Below are positions 9,948 to 19,771 of a stretch of DNA of 64,000 nucleotides, one piece after another. The stretch is from an uncultured Bacilli bacterium (lineage in GTDB: Bacteria > Bacillota_I > Bacilli_A > RF39 > UBA660), in assembly GCA_934130105.1 (NCBI GenBank), contig CAKOXL010000002.1:7232-71231 (forward strand), given 5' to 3'. A program made the position numbers and the translations under genes. The notes under the pieces were generated by a model, which worked only from the letters and a program-made list of their open reading frames with translations, made no database searches and was not told where the DNA came from. The stretch's first letter is position 1. Every line of letters begins with the position of its first letter.

Positions 9948-11762
9948 TTAAGAAGCTTTTCTAGCATCGAATTTTTTTCTTTGCTCTGTATCCAAAATTC
10001 TCTTACGAATTCTGATACTAAGAGGTGTTACTTCAACTAATTCATCACTATTAATATAGTCAAGTGCTCCCTCTAATGTAATTGGACGAGGTCTTTTTAA
10101 CACAACTGTTTTATCAGAGCTTGCAGCACGAGTATTAGTTAATTGTTTACCCTTAACAACGTTAATAGCTAAATCGTTATCACGATTACATTCACCAACA
10201 ATCATACCTTCATATACTTCAACACCAGGTTCAATAAACATAATACCGCGGTCTTCTAATTGTCCAAGTGCATAGGCAGAAGACTTACCAGCTTCAGTAG
10301 AAACTAAAACACCTAATTTTCTTTCACCAATATTAACACTTTCTAATGGACGATACTCTTTAAAAGTATGGTTCATAATACCATATCCTTTAGTCATTGT
10401 CATGAAATCAGTAGTAAAACCGATTAATCCACGAGATGGAATGGTGTAATTAAGTCTAACTTGATTTTCAAAATTAGTCATATTTTCCATAATACCACCA
10501 CGAGTACCTAATTGTTCAATAACAGAACCAACTGAATCTTCTGGTACTTCAATTTGTAAATCTTCAAATGGTTCCATCTTAACGCCATCAACTTCTTTGA
10601 TAATTACTTGAGGTTTAGATACTTGAAGTTCATAACCTTCACGACGCATATTTTCAATTAAGATAGATAAATGAAGTTCACCACGACCTGAAACTAAGAA
10701 ACTTTCTCCATCTAATTGTTCTACTCTTAAACTAACATCTCTTTGAAGTTCTTTATTTAATCTATCTTCAATTTGACGAGCTGTTAAAAATTTACCTTCT
10801 TTACCAACAAATGGTGAATTATTAGTAGCAAATGTCATTTGTAGTGTTGGTTCATCAATATGTAAAACAGGAAGTGGTAAATGATCACCTTGGTTACAAA
10901 TAGTCTCACCAACTGAAATATCAGCTAAACCTGCAACAGCGATAATATCACCTGCTTCTGCTTCTTCAATTTCAAGTCTTTTCATTCCTAAGAAACCAAA
11001 TAATTTTTGGATTCTAAAGTTTTTAACACTACCATCTAAACGAATGCATGATACCATTTGTCCAACTTTAATTTTTCCATTATGAACTCTACCAATTCCA
11101 ATTCTACCAACAAATTCATTATAATCAAGAAGTGCTGGTTGAAATTGTAATGGTTCATTAATATTACCTGATGGTGCTGGAATTTCATCAATAATTAAAT
11201 CTAAAAGTTCACTAAATCCTGGTGTTTGAGTATTAATATCAGGATCTAAGCTACAAGTACCATTAATAGCACTAGCATATACTACTTTAAAATCTAACTG
11301 GTCATCATCTGCACCAAGTTCAATAAATAAATCTAATACTTCATCTACTACTTGATTAACTCTAGCACTAGGTTTATCTACTTTATTAATAACTACTAAT
11401 GGTTTTACACCAGCTTCTAATGCTTTCTTTAATACAAATCTTGTTTGAGGCATAGTACCTTCATAAGCATCAACAACTAGTAAAACACCATCTACCATAT
11501 TCATAATACGTTCTACTTCACCACCAAAGTCAGCATGACCTGGAGTATCCATAATATTAATACGGTAATCTTTATAATTAATAGCCGTAGTTTTAGCTAA
11601 AATTGTGATTCCTCTTTCTTTTTCTAACTGATTGGAATCCATTGAAATTTGAGAAACATCTTCATTTTCTCTAAAAGTTCCACTTGATTTTAAAATTTGA
11701 TCAACCAAAGTAGTTTTACCATGGTCAACGTGTGCAATAATCGCAATATTTCTTTTTTTCAT
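9948..11762 (-). CDS. typA: translational GTPase TypA/BipA
   Basis: AIIAHVDHGKTTLVD G1 motif, DTPGHADF G3, NKVD G4. 604 aa with EF-G-like architecture. Confidence 0.95.
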   Translation of the reverse strand: MKKRNIAIIAHVDHGKTTLVDQILKSSGTFRENEDVSQISMDSNQLEKERGITILAKTTAINYKDYRINIMDTPGHADFGGEVERIMNMVDGVLLVVDAYEGTMPQTRFVLKKALEAGVKPLVVINKVDKPSARVNQVVDEVLDLFIELGADDDQLDFKVVYASAINGTCSLDPDINTQTPGFSELLDLIIDEIPAPSGNINEPLQFQPALLDYNEFVGRIGIGRVHNGKIKVGQMVSCIRLDGSVKNFRIQKLFGFLGMKRLEIEEAEAGDIIAVAGLADISVGETICNQGDHLPLPVLHIDEPTLQMTFATNNSPFVGKEGKFLTARQIEDRLNKELQRDVSLRVEQLDGESFLVSGRGELHLSILIENMRREGYELQVSKPQVIIKEVDGVKMEPFEDLQIEVPEDSVGSVIEQLGTRGGIMENMTNFENQVRLNYTIPSRGLIGFTTDFMTMTKGYGIMNHTFKEYRPLESVNIGERKLGVLVSTEAGKSSAYALGQLEDRGIMFIEPGVEVYEGMIVGECNRDNDLAINVVKGKQLTNTRAASSDKTVVLKRPRPITLEGALDYINSDELVEVTPLSIRIRKRILDTEQRKKFDARKAS

Positions 11763-11794
11763 AAAATTTCACTTCCTACATAAGTTTCTTGGAA

Positions 11795-11826
11795 ATTATA
11801 GCATATAATTGTTTATTTGAAAATAG
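11795..11826 (-). promoter_or_regulatory. candidate sigma-A promoter of typA
   Basis: Extended -10 TGCTATAAT (11803-11795). -35-like TTTTCA 17 nt upstream. Confidence 0.5.
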
Positions 11827-11858
11827 ATTTAATAAAATTTTTGAAAAAAGAAAAGAGA

Positions 11859-12161
11859 TTAAATCCCATTAACATAATGGTTATAACCTCCAGTTAAATC
11901 AACAACATGATACCCTAACTGTTTTAATTCCATGCAAAGTTTTCTACTTTTAATACCACTATCACAGTAAATATAATAGGTAGTATTTAGATTCAAATAA
12001 TTTTCTGGCATAAAAGCTAAATAATTATACGGTATATTAACTGAATTTTTTATATTACCTAAAATATATTCATACTTATCTCTTATATCAATCAACATAT
12101 TTTTACTACTGGTATTGACATTTATTTGATCTATCTCTTTTATATCAATAGAATCATACAT
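11859..12161 (-). CDS. rhodanese-like domain protein
   Basis: 100 aa single rhodanese fold with active-site loop YCDSGIKS. Own TATAAT and GGAG signals in the 52-nt gap upstream. Confidence 0.8.
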   Translation of the reverse strand: MYDSIDIKEIDQINVNTSSKNMLIDIRDKYEYILGNIKNSVNIPYNYLAFMPENYLNLNTTYYIYCDSGIKSRKLCMELKQLGYHVVDLTGGYNHYVNGI

Positions 12162-12213
12162 ATAATCAACTCCACTATATTATATGCTAAATGTTAAAAT
12201 AAATTCTTAAATA

Positions 12214-14586
12214 CTAATCATCAAAGAAATCATCAAAGAATTGATCATCACTAATATTATTATCAGCTTTTTTTACATCATTATCTAATTTATTAGTGTG
12301 AATTATAGGCTTTTCTTCTACTGAAGTATCATTATTATTACTAATAAAATCAGTTTTTGGTTTATCTTCTTTAATAGTAGAATTTGAATTTGATTTAATT
12401 AAATCATCAATAGTTAGCCTTTTTTCCTCTTTAACGCCTTCATCTATTTTTATAACATTTTTACTATCATCATTGATAACAGGTTTACTATCTTCTTTAT
12501 TTAAAGTACTAGCAGATATTTTTTCTTCTTCTACACTATTACCAAAAACATCAAGTGTTTTAGTATCACCTAACTTATTATCATCATTTTTCTTTTCTTC
12601 AGCTTCGATTTCTGCAATCTTAGCATCGATTTTCTTGATTAAATCATCAACATTTAAACCCATACCAGGATTATTAGTAGGTGCTTTAGGACGATTATTA
12701 GGAGTAGCAAACATACCATTACCATTATCTGGCATTTTATTAAATCCAGGTGGCATCATACCTTGATTTACCCCCATCATGCCTTGATTTACTCCCATCA
12801 TTCCAGGTATACCAGCACCACCATTAATACCTGGGTTATTAGCTGCTGGATTATTCATCATTTCCATTAACTTTTCTTTTTTCTTAGCTTTAACATACTC
12901 TCTAAGATCAAAAGTATGTACTTCTTCCTTATCACGATGTGGATATGAAGCTTTAGCATATTTCTTACCAAATTCCATTTGATAATATGGAACGAATTTA
13001 GTTTTAAATGGATTTTTACGCATACGCATGATAATAACTTCAAATTGTTTCATACGTTGTAAATCACTTATTGTAACTAGTGGTGTTGATGCTGTTTTAT
13101 CATCTTTCTTAGACTTAACCTCACCACACATCTTAGATATTTCCTCTAATGCTTTTAATTCGGTAGTAATCAAATAAATTATATTTCCACAGTTACCTTT
13201 AATTGTTTCAGCATTTTCTTTACCATAAACTTGGTCAAGCTGAGCAAAGTTCTGAATAATCATCGTAAAACGAATTTGTCTACTACGTGCTGCTGTAATC
13301 ATAGTAGTAATATCTTTAAGTGGTGGCATATTAGCAAACTCATCTAGTAAGAAATTAGTTCTAACCGGTAATTTTCCACCATGTTTTTGAGCAGTAGCAA
13401 TTAGTGTTTCATAACATTGCTTAAGTAAAATAGTAACAAGAGAATGGTAAGTCTTTTTTTCATCTTGAATAACGATATATAAAACAGTTGGTCTCTCACC
13501 AATTGATGATAACTCAAAATCACTATGACTTAACATTTCAGATAGATTTTCACGTGTTGCGAATAATTTAATCTTTTGTTTAAATACAGATATAATAGAA
13601 CCTTTAGTTTCACTAGGAGCCATAATAGTACCACTAGCGTTAGTATAAGCTGCTCCACCTGGATCCATCATATTGAAATATTCTTTCATATAAGTAGATC
13701 CACCAAATTTTTCTTCACCAACAGTTGTCATTAAACTAATACTATTAAGATTTACCTGATCTTCGGTTGCATCATCAAATAAAGCAAGTGAAAGTCCTGA
13801 AAAATAATCGGCTGATGTTTTCTCCCAGAATGGATCAGCATTTCCGGATTTCTCTTCATAAAGAATATTAGCAGCAAGGTCATCAAGTAACTCAATTGCT
13901 TTATCTTGATTACCACTTTTATACATACGATATGGAAGTGATAATGGATTCCAAGCATTACCATCTTGTGGATCACGGAAGTTTAATATTAAAACATTAT
14001 AACCTTTTTCGCGTAACATATTAGAAGTTTGTTCATAAATTTCACCTTTAGGGTCAGTGATAATCATTGATTCTTTATGTTTAGCCAAAACCTCAACAGT
14101 TGGAAAAATTACCGTCTGTGTTTTACCACTTCCGGTAGCACCAATTACTAATGAATGATATTCGCCATTATCAACCCAAACTTCATCTTTCTTTATAATA
14201 AGTGGAATTCCAGCTACTTGAGAATCAACATCTCCCGGTCTAATCATAGCTATTCCCTTATCTTCTTTTATTTCCTTTTCTTTTGCCCATCTACTATATC
14301 CTTTATTAGATTTTTCACCAATAGAAATACCTATACCACTTTCTCTTTCAAAGAAATATGAAGATACTGATGCAAAAATACACCCTAAAAATATAAAATA
14401 TAATACTAGTGTAACAGCAAGTCTACTAGAATCAAAAGCAGGAAAAGGATTAATACCATAAAATCTTCCATTAATAGCAAGTTCAGGAAAATTTAAAACA
14501 CCTAAACAAACTATATATAATAGAAATATAGCAAACAATAGAAAAATTAATACATCTTGTGCATCTGCTTTAAATTTTAATTTCAT
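12214..14586 (-). CDS. type IV secretion coupling protein, VirD4/TraG family, with long low-complexity C-terminal tail
   Basis: Two N-terminal TM helices, Walker A GATGSGKTQ, ITDPKGEIY, Walker B-like LLDEFANMP, IQNFAQL. I prefer the ATG at 14586 (GGAG SD; MKLKFKAD) over the TTG at 14601. The last ~220 aa are rich in N, G, M, D, K and E. Confidence 0.9.
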   Translation of the reverse strand: MKLKFKADAQDVLIFLLFAIFLLYIVCLGVLNFPELAINGRFYGINPFPAFDSSRLAVTLVLYFIFLGCIFASVSSYFFERESGIGISIGEKSNKGYSRWAKEKEIKEDKGIAMIRPGDVDSQVAGIPLIIKKDEVWVDNGEYHSLVIGATGSGKTQTVIFPTVEVLAKHKESMIITDPKGEIYEQTSNMLREKGYNVLILNFRDPQDGNAWNPLSLPYRMYKSGNQDKAIELLDDLAANILYEEKSGNADPFWEKTSADYFSGLSLALFDDATEDQVNLNSISLMTTVGEEKFGGSTYMKEYFNMMDPGGAAYTNASGTIMAPSETKGSIISVFKQKIKLFATRENLSEMLSHSDFELSSIGERPTVLYIVIQDEKKTYHSLVTILLKQCYETLIATAQKHGGKLPVRTNFLLDEFANMPPLKDITTMITAARSRQIRFTMIIQNFAQLDQVYGKENAETIKGNCGNIIYLITTELKALEEISKMCGEVKSKKDDKTASTPLVTISDLQRMKQFEVIIMRMRKNPFKTKFVPYYQMEFGKKYAKASYPHRDKEEVHTFDLREYVKAKKKEKLMEMMNNPAANNPGINGGAGIPGMMGVNQGMMGVNQGMMPPGFNKMPDNGNGMFATPNNRPKAPTNNPGMGLNVDDLIKKIDAKIAEIEAEEKKNDDNKLGDTKTLDVFGNSVEEEKISASTLNKEDSKPVINDDSKNVIKIDEGVKEEKRLTIDDLIKSNSNSTIKEDKPKTDFISNNNDTSVEEKPIIHTNKLDNDVKKADNNISDDQFFDDFFDD
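12751..12802. repeat. imperfect 21-bp tandem repeat within the VirD4 tail
   Basis: Two 21-bp units, 12761-12781 and 12782-12802, differ at 2 positions, with a partial copy upstream. Encodes GMMGVNQGMMGVNQGMM. Confidence 0.8.
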
Positions 14587-14602
14587 AACTCCACTCCCCA
14601 AC

Positions 14603-15340
14603 TTAAATTTGATTAGAATTTATTCTTTTATTTTTAAAATATGAATAAGTAATAGTACTAACAATTAGTATTATACCAACAAAAACTATAAAGTAAATTA
14701 CTTTTTTAACAAATTCATTCTCATAATTAAATACAAACTCATCTTTTTTAATAGTAATTGATATAGCTGCATCATCTTTATTTTCTCTAGACAAGTTCCA
14801 TGTATAATGATACCCCTTAGAAAAACTTGCATTATTATTTACTACTTTATGATTAGTTTTTAAATTAACAGTAATTGTATCTAATAAGGGATATTCATCA
14901 AAACACTTATTAGTAGTTGAAGTAGATATAATTATATTATCATCTTCTTCAATAATATTAAAATACTGATAACATTTTTTCACTATTGATGAATCATTAA
15001 AATTATCAAGTGTAAATTTATTATATTCTAACATTAAACCAAGTTTATCACTAGTATCTATCAAGGTATTTTTATAGTATTCAACATTATCTAATTTAAT
15101 AGTATCATCTTCATCTACAACCGTAGAAGAAAAAGCGGGATAAGGGTATTTATAAGATGCGAGTAATAATTCACGGTAACTAAAGCCATATTTTACCTCA
15201 TTATCCCAAGTATATGAACTAGTACTTACAAATTCCATTTTTTCTTTTACTTGATTATTATATATTTCTATATCATAACTACTACTACAACCAGTTACCA
15301 TAAGTAAGAAAAATAGTAAAAATAATATTTTCTTTTTCAT
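14603..15340 (-). CDS. T4SS-associated lipoprotein with an additional C-terminal TM anchor
   Basis: Lipobox MVTGCSSS at the N-terminus and a hydrophobic helix (VIYFIVFVGIILIVSTITYSYF) near the C-terminus. 1-nt gap to VirD4 and 8-nt gap from the hydrolase. Confidence 0.65.
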   Translation of the reverse strand: MKKKILFLLFFLLMVTGCSSSYDIEIYNNQVKEKMEFVSTSSYTWDNEVKYGFSYRELLLASYKYPYPAFSSTVVDEDDTIKLDNVEYYKNTLIDTSDKLGLMLEYNKFTLDNFNDSSIVKKCYQYFNIIEEDDNIIISTSTTNKCFDEYPLLDTITVNLKTNHKVVNNNASFSKGYHYTWNLSRENKDDAAISITIKKDEFVFNYENEFVKKVIYFIVFVGIILIVSTITYSYFKNKRINSNQI

Positions 15341-15348
15341 AATTCCTC

Positions 15349-17958
15349 CTATTGTGGATAATCCGAAACAGTCATTGTATTAGCATAGAAATCAGTCATA
15401 TCAACTAAGTAATAAGGACCTGTACTAGTAAATGGTATAGTAACAACTCTAACTCCATTTTTTCCACTACTAGCTTCAGCTACTATGTATCCATCACTAC
15501 TAGTACCTATTATCATACGAATATGACCACTAGTTCCATTATTATTAGGAGGAGCATTATATATTAAATCACCAGGTTGCGCTGTATTATCAGTAGTACC
15601 ACTAAACCACTCTCTTTTATCGCCAGCTTCTCCCCATCCTTTGGCATTTTTAGATAAATATTGATATCCTCCATTATGAATAGCCCACGAGATAAATCCT
15701 GAACAATCAAGACCATTTATAGGGTAACTAGTATCTCCTGTATTAGTACCCCAACCTAGATCAATTCCATAACCAGTATATTTACCAGAAGGTGTTAACT
15801 CATAAGGCAAAATATAACCAGTTTGAGAATAAAATCCTGATGTTAAAGCAGTAGCAGCACTAACAACACCACTTCTAGTACCAAGTCCTGCTTTTTTAAC
15901 TTGACTATAAATATAATCATTGAAAGCACTAATTGTAGTACCTGATGCTTCTATATAATCCTGAACTGGGCCTTGAATAATAATGGCACCATCAGTAGAA
16001 GTAGCTGATGATATAAGTTCAATTTCAACACCATCTGAATAGAAGAATTTTAATATTTCCTGATAATTATACCCCTCATCAGCAAGCTGGTAAGAATATA
16101 ACTGACTCATACCCATACCATGACCATGCCCTGATATAACTAATTCAGTTAGTTTTTTATCAGTTAAAACAATGGTATGCTCTTCTCCATTAGGATCTTT
16201 TCTATAAGTTGCTTGATAAGTACCATCACTATTAAGCTGTGATGAACAACGACTATCAGCATAGCAGAACGAATCATAGTGTGATGAAAAAGGTACACCA
16301 TTATAAGTTAATATCTCGCCTCTAGTTGAATTAGCAGCTTCACGAGCATTATCACTTATATCTCTACTAAATGTTTGCTGATTAGTACTATTAGTTATAG
16401 CTTTTTTACAGTAATCGGTTGCAATTAAGGCATAAGTACGTGCTGCAACTGCTTGAGCTTTTAATGCTTCCATATTCATACTAGTATAAGCTTCATGTTG
16501 AACAACACCAGCAACATACTCTTCAAAATCAAATGTACCCTCACCTTCTACTGTGATTCCACCAGGACACAAACTAGAAGGTCCAGAATATGAAACACTA
16601 CAAGTTTGACTAGGACCAAATTCGCCATATAATGAATAAATATCATCAGCTATTGAAATAATTTGTTCTTTTCTTTTAACTGGATCATCTGATAATTCAT
16701 CAGAATAATAATCTTCAATAAAACTATTAACGATATTCCAGTAATAAACACTATCCTTATAAGAATCAGCTGTACCAATACTTAATTCAGCGTCATTTTT
16801 AGGAAGTGCTGCATTAGCATAATTATCAGTACAAGTACCATCACTAGAAAATTGAGGATAATATAAGTAATATGCATAATTAGTTTCTTCATTTACTCTT
16901 TTAGTAAACCAATTTCCATTTTTATCATTACTTGCAATTAATTCAAAACTTGAACTATCTTTAGCATCACCATTAAATAAATTTAAATTACTACTATCTA
17001 CTGGTACTTTTTCTAGTGAGCTTTTGCAGTAGCTTCCAGTATTATTATGGTGTGTATCATCAAGACTATATTGATTATTAATGATTTGCATCTTAGCTAG
17101 AAGACGAACATTTTTTTTCATTTTCTTATAATTATAGGATTCAGCCTTACCTTCACCGTTTTCAATTTCTTCAGCATCATCAACAACCTCTTGGTCTTCA
17201 TCTAGCATATCATCAAAACTTCTGTTAATAGTAAGAGTAGCTGTAATTAAATTAACATCAATACAAACATTATATTTCTTATTCATATCAATTTGAACAT
17301 CTTTAAGTTCTTGATAAAATTCTTCTTCTAACTCTTGTTGATCTTTACTAAAGAAGTCAACTGCTTTATCCCAAACACCTTTTATAAAATTAACGGCAGC
17401 TTCAATCGGAGCAAAGAATAACGCATAAATAATAGCTATTATTATAAATATTCCAACAAATACTAAAGCACCACAACCAGCACCAACAAGTAAAGTAGGA
17501 TTTACCTTTTTAAATAAACTAAGTGCCTCTTCAGCCTGATCTGAACTATCTGTATTATCTTTATCTTTACTTTTTGAATCTGAACTACTATCACTATTGT
17601 TATCACTATCTTCTATTTTTTTATTCATACTAACTAAAGGTGGATTTTCTGCTAAATTTTTATTTAGAAGATCATTATTTAAACTATTAGGATTTGCACC
17701 TAAAACATCAACTGCTTTATCAGCAACATCCAAAGCACCACTATCATCTAACTTCTCTGCTGCCTTATTAACTACCGGAACCTTATTAATAACCTTACCA
17801 AGTGTATTTTCAAGTTCCTGACCTGCTTTAGTATTACTAGCTAAATTATAAATTTGATTACCTGCTGTACCTCCAAAATAAGTAGCAGCAGCTTTACCAG
17901 CTACGTGAGCTGTCTTTTTTGAAGCTTGTTCTTGATTATTATTATTACTATCATTCAT
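15349..17958 (-). CDS. bifunctional peptidoglycan hydrolase: SpoIID/LytB-like domain plus C-terminal NlpC/P60 endopeptidase
   Basis: EEYVAGVVQHEAYTSMNMEALKAQAVAARTYAL is the SpoIID signature. The C-terminal LDCSGFISWAIHNGG ... GHIRMIIG gives an NlpC/P60 Cys/His pair. One TM helix lies around aa 165-190. I prefer the ATG at 17958 (GGTGA SD). Confidence 0.85.
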   Translation of the reverse strand: MNDSNNNNQEQASKKTAHVAGKAAATYFGGTAGNQIYNLASNTKAGQELENTLGKVINKVPVVNKAAEKLDDSGALDVADKAVDVLGANPNSLNNDLLNKNLAENPPLVSMNKKIEDSDNNSDSSSDSKSKDKDNTDSSDQAEEALSLFKKVNPTLLVGAGCGALVFVGIFIIIAIIYALFFAPIEAAVNFIKGVWDKAVDFFSKDQQELEEEFYQELKDVQIDMNKKYNVCIDVNLITATLTINRSFDDMLDEDQEVVDDAEEIENGEGKAESYNYKKMKKNVRLLAKMQIINNQYSLDDTHHNNTGSYCKSSLEKVPVDSSNLNLFNGDAKDSSSFELIASNDKNGNWFTKRVNEETNYAYYLYYPQFSSDGTCTDNYANAALPKNDAELSIGTADSYKDSVYYWNIVNSFIEDYYSDELSDDPVKRKEQIISIADDIYSLYGEFGPSQTCSVSYSGPSSLCPGGITVEGEGTFDFEEYVAGVVQHEAYTSMNMEALKAQAVAARTYALIATDYCKKAITNSTNQQTFSRDISDNAREAANSTRGEILTYNGVPFSSHYDSFCYADSRCSSQLNSDGTYQATYRKDPNGEEHTIVLTDKKLTELVISGHGHGMGMSQLYSYQLADEGYNYQEILKFFYSDGVEIELISSATSTDGAIIIQGPVQDYIEASGTTISAFNDYIYSQVKKAGLGTRSGVVSAATALTSGFYSQTGYILPYELTPSGKYTGYGIDLGWGTNTGDTSYPINGLDCSGFISWAIHNGGYQYLSKNAKGWGEAGDKREWFSGTTDNTAQPGDLIYNAPPNNNGTSGHIRMIIGTSSDGYIVAEASSGKNGVRVVTIPFTSTGPYYLVDMTDFYANTMTVSDYPQ

Positions 17959-17983
17959 ACAGCTCACCTCTTTTTACTGCAAA

Positions 17984-19771
17984 TTATAATCCTCCACCAG
18001 AACCGAATGATTCTAACTCTTCTGGTGTAACAATAACATTAATTCTCATACGACGATTTCCACAAACAAACAGTGCTTCTCCTTGAGAATAACGTTTTAT
18101 ACTTTCTTTTTCATTTTCATTTAAATCAATTAAACGGGCAAGATCATCAGTTGCTTGTTTTTTAAGTCCCATTACTAAGTAATATGATGCATTATCAAAT
18201 ATAGCTTTTCCATGAATAATAACTTCTGGTGCGGCAAAATCGCTAGGCTGTTGAGTAATGATAATTGAACCCGTATTATATTTACGAGCACGTCGCTGAA
18301 CTTGTGCTAAAAATTCTGCTCCCAGTGCATTGCTACCAGATAATAAAACATGTGCTTCATCTACCATCAAACAAGTATTAACATTTTTATCTAAGCATAA
18401 TCCCCATGCATACTTTAAAATATTAAAAAATAGTGCGTTACGAATATTATCAGCTGAATTCATTAATTCTTTAATATTAAAAACAATAAAATCAGTATTA
18501 GGATTAACAGTTGTATGGCCATCAAAATAATATCTAAGTTCTTGGGTTAATGGCCTTATTTTAAGCTCTAATTTTTCCATTATCATTCTTTCTTGAGTTT
18601 GTTCTGTCATTGACATTAAACGTCCACGAATAGTCTGATAAACATCTGAAAATGTTGGATAATCATTAGCTGTGTAATTATAAAAATTAGATGTAAAATC
18701 AATTCCAAATCTACGATATGTATCCTGTACTATTTCACTAAACATAGTAAGTACATCTTCTTCAATAGAAGGATCATAATATCTCATAAAACCTTTTAAG
18801 AACTGCAAAGTACGAGTTAAAACTGTATAGCCAAGTCCTTCTTTAATTTCATCTTCATCGGCATCAATTACGATTTGAAGTGGATTAATCATACCATATT
18901 CTCCACCTTTACCAAGATCTATTGATTCACCACCAAAGTTATTTGCCATTTCATAAAGTTCGTTTTCAGGGTCAATGGCAACAATCTGATAACCATTTCT
19001 AATATGACTTCTAAGCATCAATTTAGCTGCAGTTGATTTACCACTACCTGATGTACCTAAAATAATCAAGTTAGCATTATTACGATTGTTTTCTTTCTTT
19101 ATTTGATATAAGAACTGGTTAAATAAGATAACACCACCAGAAAAATCAACTCCAAGTAATGTTGATAAACCTGGATCTTTGATACTATCAAAGATAAATG
19201 GATACATAGCTGCTATTGTAGGTGATGGAATTGGTGTACCAATACGATTTTCAACATCTTGTTTTGGAAAAATAGGAACAATTGATTTTAATATTTTTTC
19301 TTGTTCAAAACGAAGTGATATACCACGCATTTCCATGGCATCCAAATAGTTTTTAACATTTATTTTCTTAAGTTCCAAGTCTTCCTTTGTATCAGCAGTA
19401 ATCATAATATGCATTTGATAATCAAAGATTTTAGCCTGACTACCAGCAAGCATCGTAACAAAAGATTCAAGTGATTCATAATCCAATCTAATTCGCTCAC
19501 GAATAGTATTATCTCTCTCATCCTGATACCTAGTTTTTAAATCAGCTATTTGTTTATTTATCATTTTTGACATAGTAGAAAAAGGTACTGGAATATGTTT
19601 AGCAACAACTTTAATACCAGACATACTAGTTAATGATGATAAATAGCCAGGATATATATATTTTGGATATGAAACAATTGTTAATATTGTTGCATACTTA
19701 CCACTAACAATAAAATCACCAGCATTAAACTGTAACCCCTTAGGAGCAATTTCAGATTTAAATATACTCAT
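17984..19771 (-). CDS. VirB4-family T4SS ATPase, ATPase body (lacks the usual N-terminal domain)
   Basis: Walker A GTSGSGKST, Walker B CLMVDEAH, IIITQQPSDF. Start ATG overlaps the stop of the upstream ORF (ATGA). Confidence 0.9.
   Translation of the reverse strand: MSIFKSEIAPKGLQFNAGDFIVSGKYATILTIVSYPKYIYPGYLSSLTSMSGIKVVAKHIPVPFSTMSKMINKQIADLKTRYQDERDNTIRERIRLDYESLESFVTMLAGSQAKIFDYQMHIMITADTKEDLELKKINVKNYLDAMEMRGISLRFEQEKILKSIVPIFPKQDVENRIGTPIPSPTIAAMYPFIFDSIKDPGLSTLLGVDFSGGVILFNQFLYQIKKENNRNNANLIILGTSGSGKSTAAKLMLRSHIRNGYQIVAIDPENELYEMANNFGGESIDLGKGGEYGMINPLQIVIDADEDEIKEGLGYTVLTRTLQFLKGFMRYYDPSIEEDVLTMFSEIVQDTYRRFGIDFTSNFYNYTANDYPTFSDVYQTIRGRLMSMTEQTQERMIMEKLELKIRPLTQELRYYFDGHTTVNPNTDFIVFNIKELMNSADNIRNALFFNILKYAWGLCLDKNVNTCLMVDEAHVLLSGSNALGAEFLAQVQRRARKYNTGSIIITQQPSDFAAPEVIIHGKAIFDNASYYLVMGLKKQATDDLARLIDLNENEKESIKRYSQGEALFVCGNRRMRINVIVTPEELESFGSGGGL

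Noticed and set aside
9317-9951. Plus-strand ORFs 9317..9622 and 9688..9951
   Set aside because: They are antisense to the Asn-rich protein gene and the typA terminator region. The repeat-derived I/Y/V-rich translation is an artefact of the tandem repeat.
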